The notes below the pieces were generated by a model, which searched no databases, was not told where the DNA came from, and saw nothing but the letters and a program-made list of their open reading frames with translations. The translations under genes were made by a program, and so were the position numbers. Positions 45,768-46,488 of a stretch of 46,488 nucleotides of DNA are shown one piece after another. The stretch covers positions 1-46,488 of the forward strand of contig DASWGY010000230.1 in NCBI GenBank assembly GCA_036393495.1, in the 5' to 3' direction. How positions within the stretch are numbered: the stretch's first letter is position 1; each line of letters begins with the position of its first letter. The stretch is from Candidatus Limnocylindrales bacterium. GTDB taxonomy: Bacteria > Chloroflexota > Limnocylindria > Limnocylindrales > CSP1-4.

Positions 45768-45977
45768 GTGCGTAGCTCGAACGGCCTCGATCGCCGCCCC
45801 GTCGCCGTCGTCGTGACGAGCGATGGCCGACGCGTCCAGATGCCGATCGAGGACGGCGCGCTCGAGGTATCCCTTCTCTCCCTTATTCGCTCGCTCCTGG
45901 TCGGCATTGAGAGCCTCCTGGCCCTCATTACCGGCTCCCGGCGGGAGAACGGAGGAACGCGGAGGGACGAGCGCTAG
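45768..45977 (+). CDS. candidate small ORF / ilvB leader peptide (69 aa from GTG 45768, or 45 aa from ATG 45840)
   Basis: GC3 is about 83%, better than either antisense frame. The stretch 45861-45929 encodes LEVSLLSLIRSLLVGIESLLALI, in which 14 of 23 residues are L/I/V. It uses the rare codons CTT x2, ATT x3 and GTA. I see no convincing SD. Confidence 0.3.
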   Translation: MRSSNGLDRRPVAVVVTSDGRRVQMPIEDGALEVSLLSLIRSLLVGIESLLALITGSRRENGGTRRDER

Positions 45978-46006
45978 CGGCGCGACGCACCACCGAAGAC
46001 CAACGG

Positions 46007-46039
46007 GACCCTCGCCGGGTGGCGAGGGTCTTCTTGTTT
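46007..46039 (+). terminator. intrinsic terminator 36 nt upstream of the ilvB start (candidate attenuator)
   Basis: GACCCTCGCC-gggt-GGCGAGGGTC, a perfect 10-bp stem, followed by TTCTTGTTT. Confidence 0.7.
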
Positions 46040-46075
46040 GATCGGGACCGACACGAAGACGAGGGACGACGAGCG

Positions 46076-46488
46076 ATGACCATGACGAAGGGAGGCTCGG
46101 CCAAACCGCCGGGTCCTGGCGCGCCGGCCGCCGCCGGCCCGCCGACCAAGGCTCGCCCACGGCGCAGCCACGTGCCGGCGGCCGGCACGGACCACGCCGC
46201 TGCGATCGAGAAAGCCCAGCGGGAGATGCTCCACGAGGGCACGTCCGCCCAGTCGGTCCCGGCCGACCCGCACGACGCGCACGCGGCCCACGGAGCGAGC
46301 GCCAGGAAGGCCCGCGCCCGGATCGGGGCCGATGTCGTCTGCGAAGCGCTCATTCGCCAGGGCGTGGGGGTCTTCTTCAGCTATCCCGGCGGGGTCATCC
46401 TGCCCCTCTACGACGTCCTCGGCGACTACCCGGAGCTGCGTCACATCCTCGTCCGCCACGAACAGGGCGGCGCCCACGCCGCCGACGG
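46076..46488 (+). CDS. ilvB: acetolactate synthase large subunit (N-terminal part; runs off the window)
   Basis: The frame from ATG 46076 (after GAGGGA) reads ...[55 protein letters not shown], the conserved AHAS/TPP-enzyme N-terminus. The start is uncertain. An ATG about 140 nt downstream (MLHEG...) is an alternative. Confidence 0.88.
   Translation, partial: [137 protein letters not shown]

Noticed and set aside
46019-46075. In-frame GTG at 46019 that would extend ilvB upstream
   Set aside because: The codon lies inside the terminator hairpin and has no SD. The ATG at 46076 has a GAGGGA upstream.
45612-46160. Minus-strand ORFs 45612-46160 (182 aa) and 45440-45928 (162 aa), which contain PGPX/PNPA repeats
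   Set aside because: GC3 is only about 70-75% and the repeat's variable codons end in A. The ORFs overlap each other. They also overlap the + strand terminators (the 45612 stop sits in a hairpin loop) and the ilvB start. I found no domain signature. I treat the region as non-coding or regulatory, but an expressed Pro-rich protein cannot be fully excluded.

Overview
Very GC-rich window (about 70% by eye; third codon positions are almost all G/C), densely coding, from an Actinobacteria-like Gram-positive genome. I support about 47 CDS. I found no rRNA, tRNA, CRISPR array, transposase, integrase or phage gene. Many long ORFs in the track are Arg/Pro/Gly-rich antisense shadows of real genes, and I ignored them.

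Layout:
- 1-6.6 kb: ilvD (partial), an MFS transporter fused to a cNMP-binding domain, a MarP-like CvpA-trypsin protease, and a translationally coupled RcnR-fingerprint repressor plus an MBD-less P1B ATPase.
- 6.6-35.7 kb: an accessory-looking catabolic island. It holds two GntR/FCD regulators, two paralogous HAD dehalogenase-like genes, four DAO-family FAD oxidoreductases, an SDR, an amidase, a 2-hydroxyacid dehydrogenase, a rhamnonate-dehydratase-like enolase, a DSD1-type PLP enzyme plus RidA, an NTF2-like protein and a family-5 SBP/Dpp-type ABC transporter. It also holds EamA and MFS exporters, an ALDH, a GNAT, a cupin-ferredoxin-P450-FAD operon, an FAD enzyme plus a Rieske protein, and an interposed His-rich CDF transporter.
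- 35.7-39.1 kb: a copper module, made of a Cys-rich/His-repeat/YHS protein and a CopA carrying an extra TM helix and a C-terminal cupredoxin.
- 39.3-46.5 kb: a small ORF, leuCD, a GGDEF-EAL protein, a DUF5317-like membrane protein, then about 900 bp of lower-GC, poorly coding DNA, and ilvB (partial).

Most interesting observations:
1. A clear c-di-GMP-I (GEMM-I) riboswitch signature at about 45.25-45.36 kb. It lies just downstream of the GGDEF-EAL/DUF5317 pair and upstream of two tandem micro-ORFs that end at an intrinsic terminator.
2. A recurring ACTGTTGACA / ATTGT-NN-ACAAT element at about nine sites, nearly all in promoter regions of the island. This suggests one GntR-controlled regulon.
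3. Unusual metal-handling proteins: an RcnR H3-C35-H60-H64 fingerprint next to an ATPase with GAC instead of CPC/SPC, the CopA-cupredoxin fusion, and the CPCGC/CCCG-(DH)n-YHS protein.
4. A terminator 36 nt upstream of ilvB, preceded by a Leu/Ile/Val-rich ORF that uses rare A/T-ending codons. This may be an attenuator.
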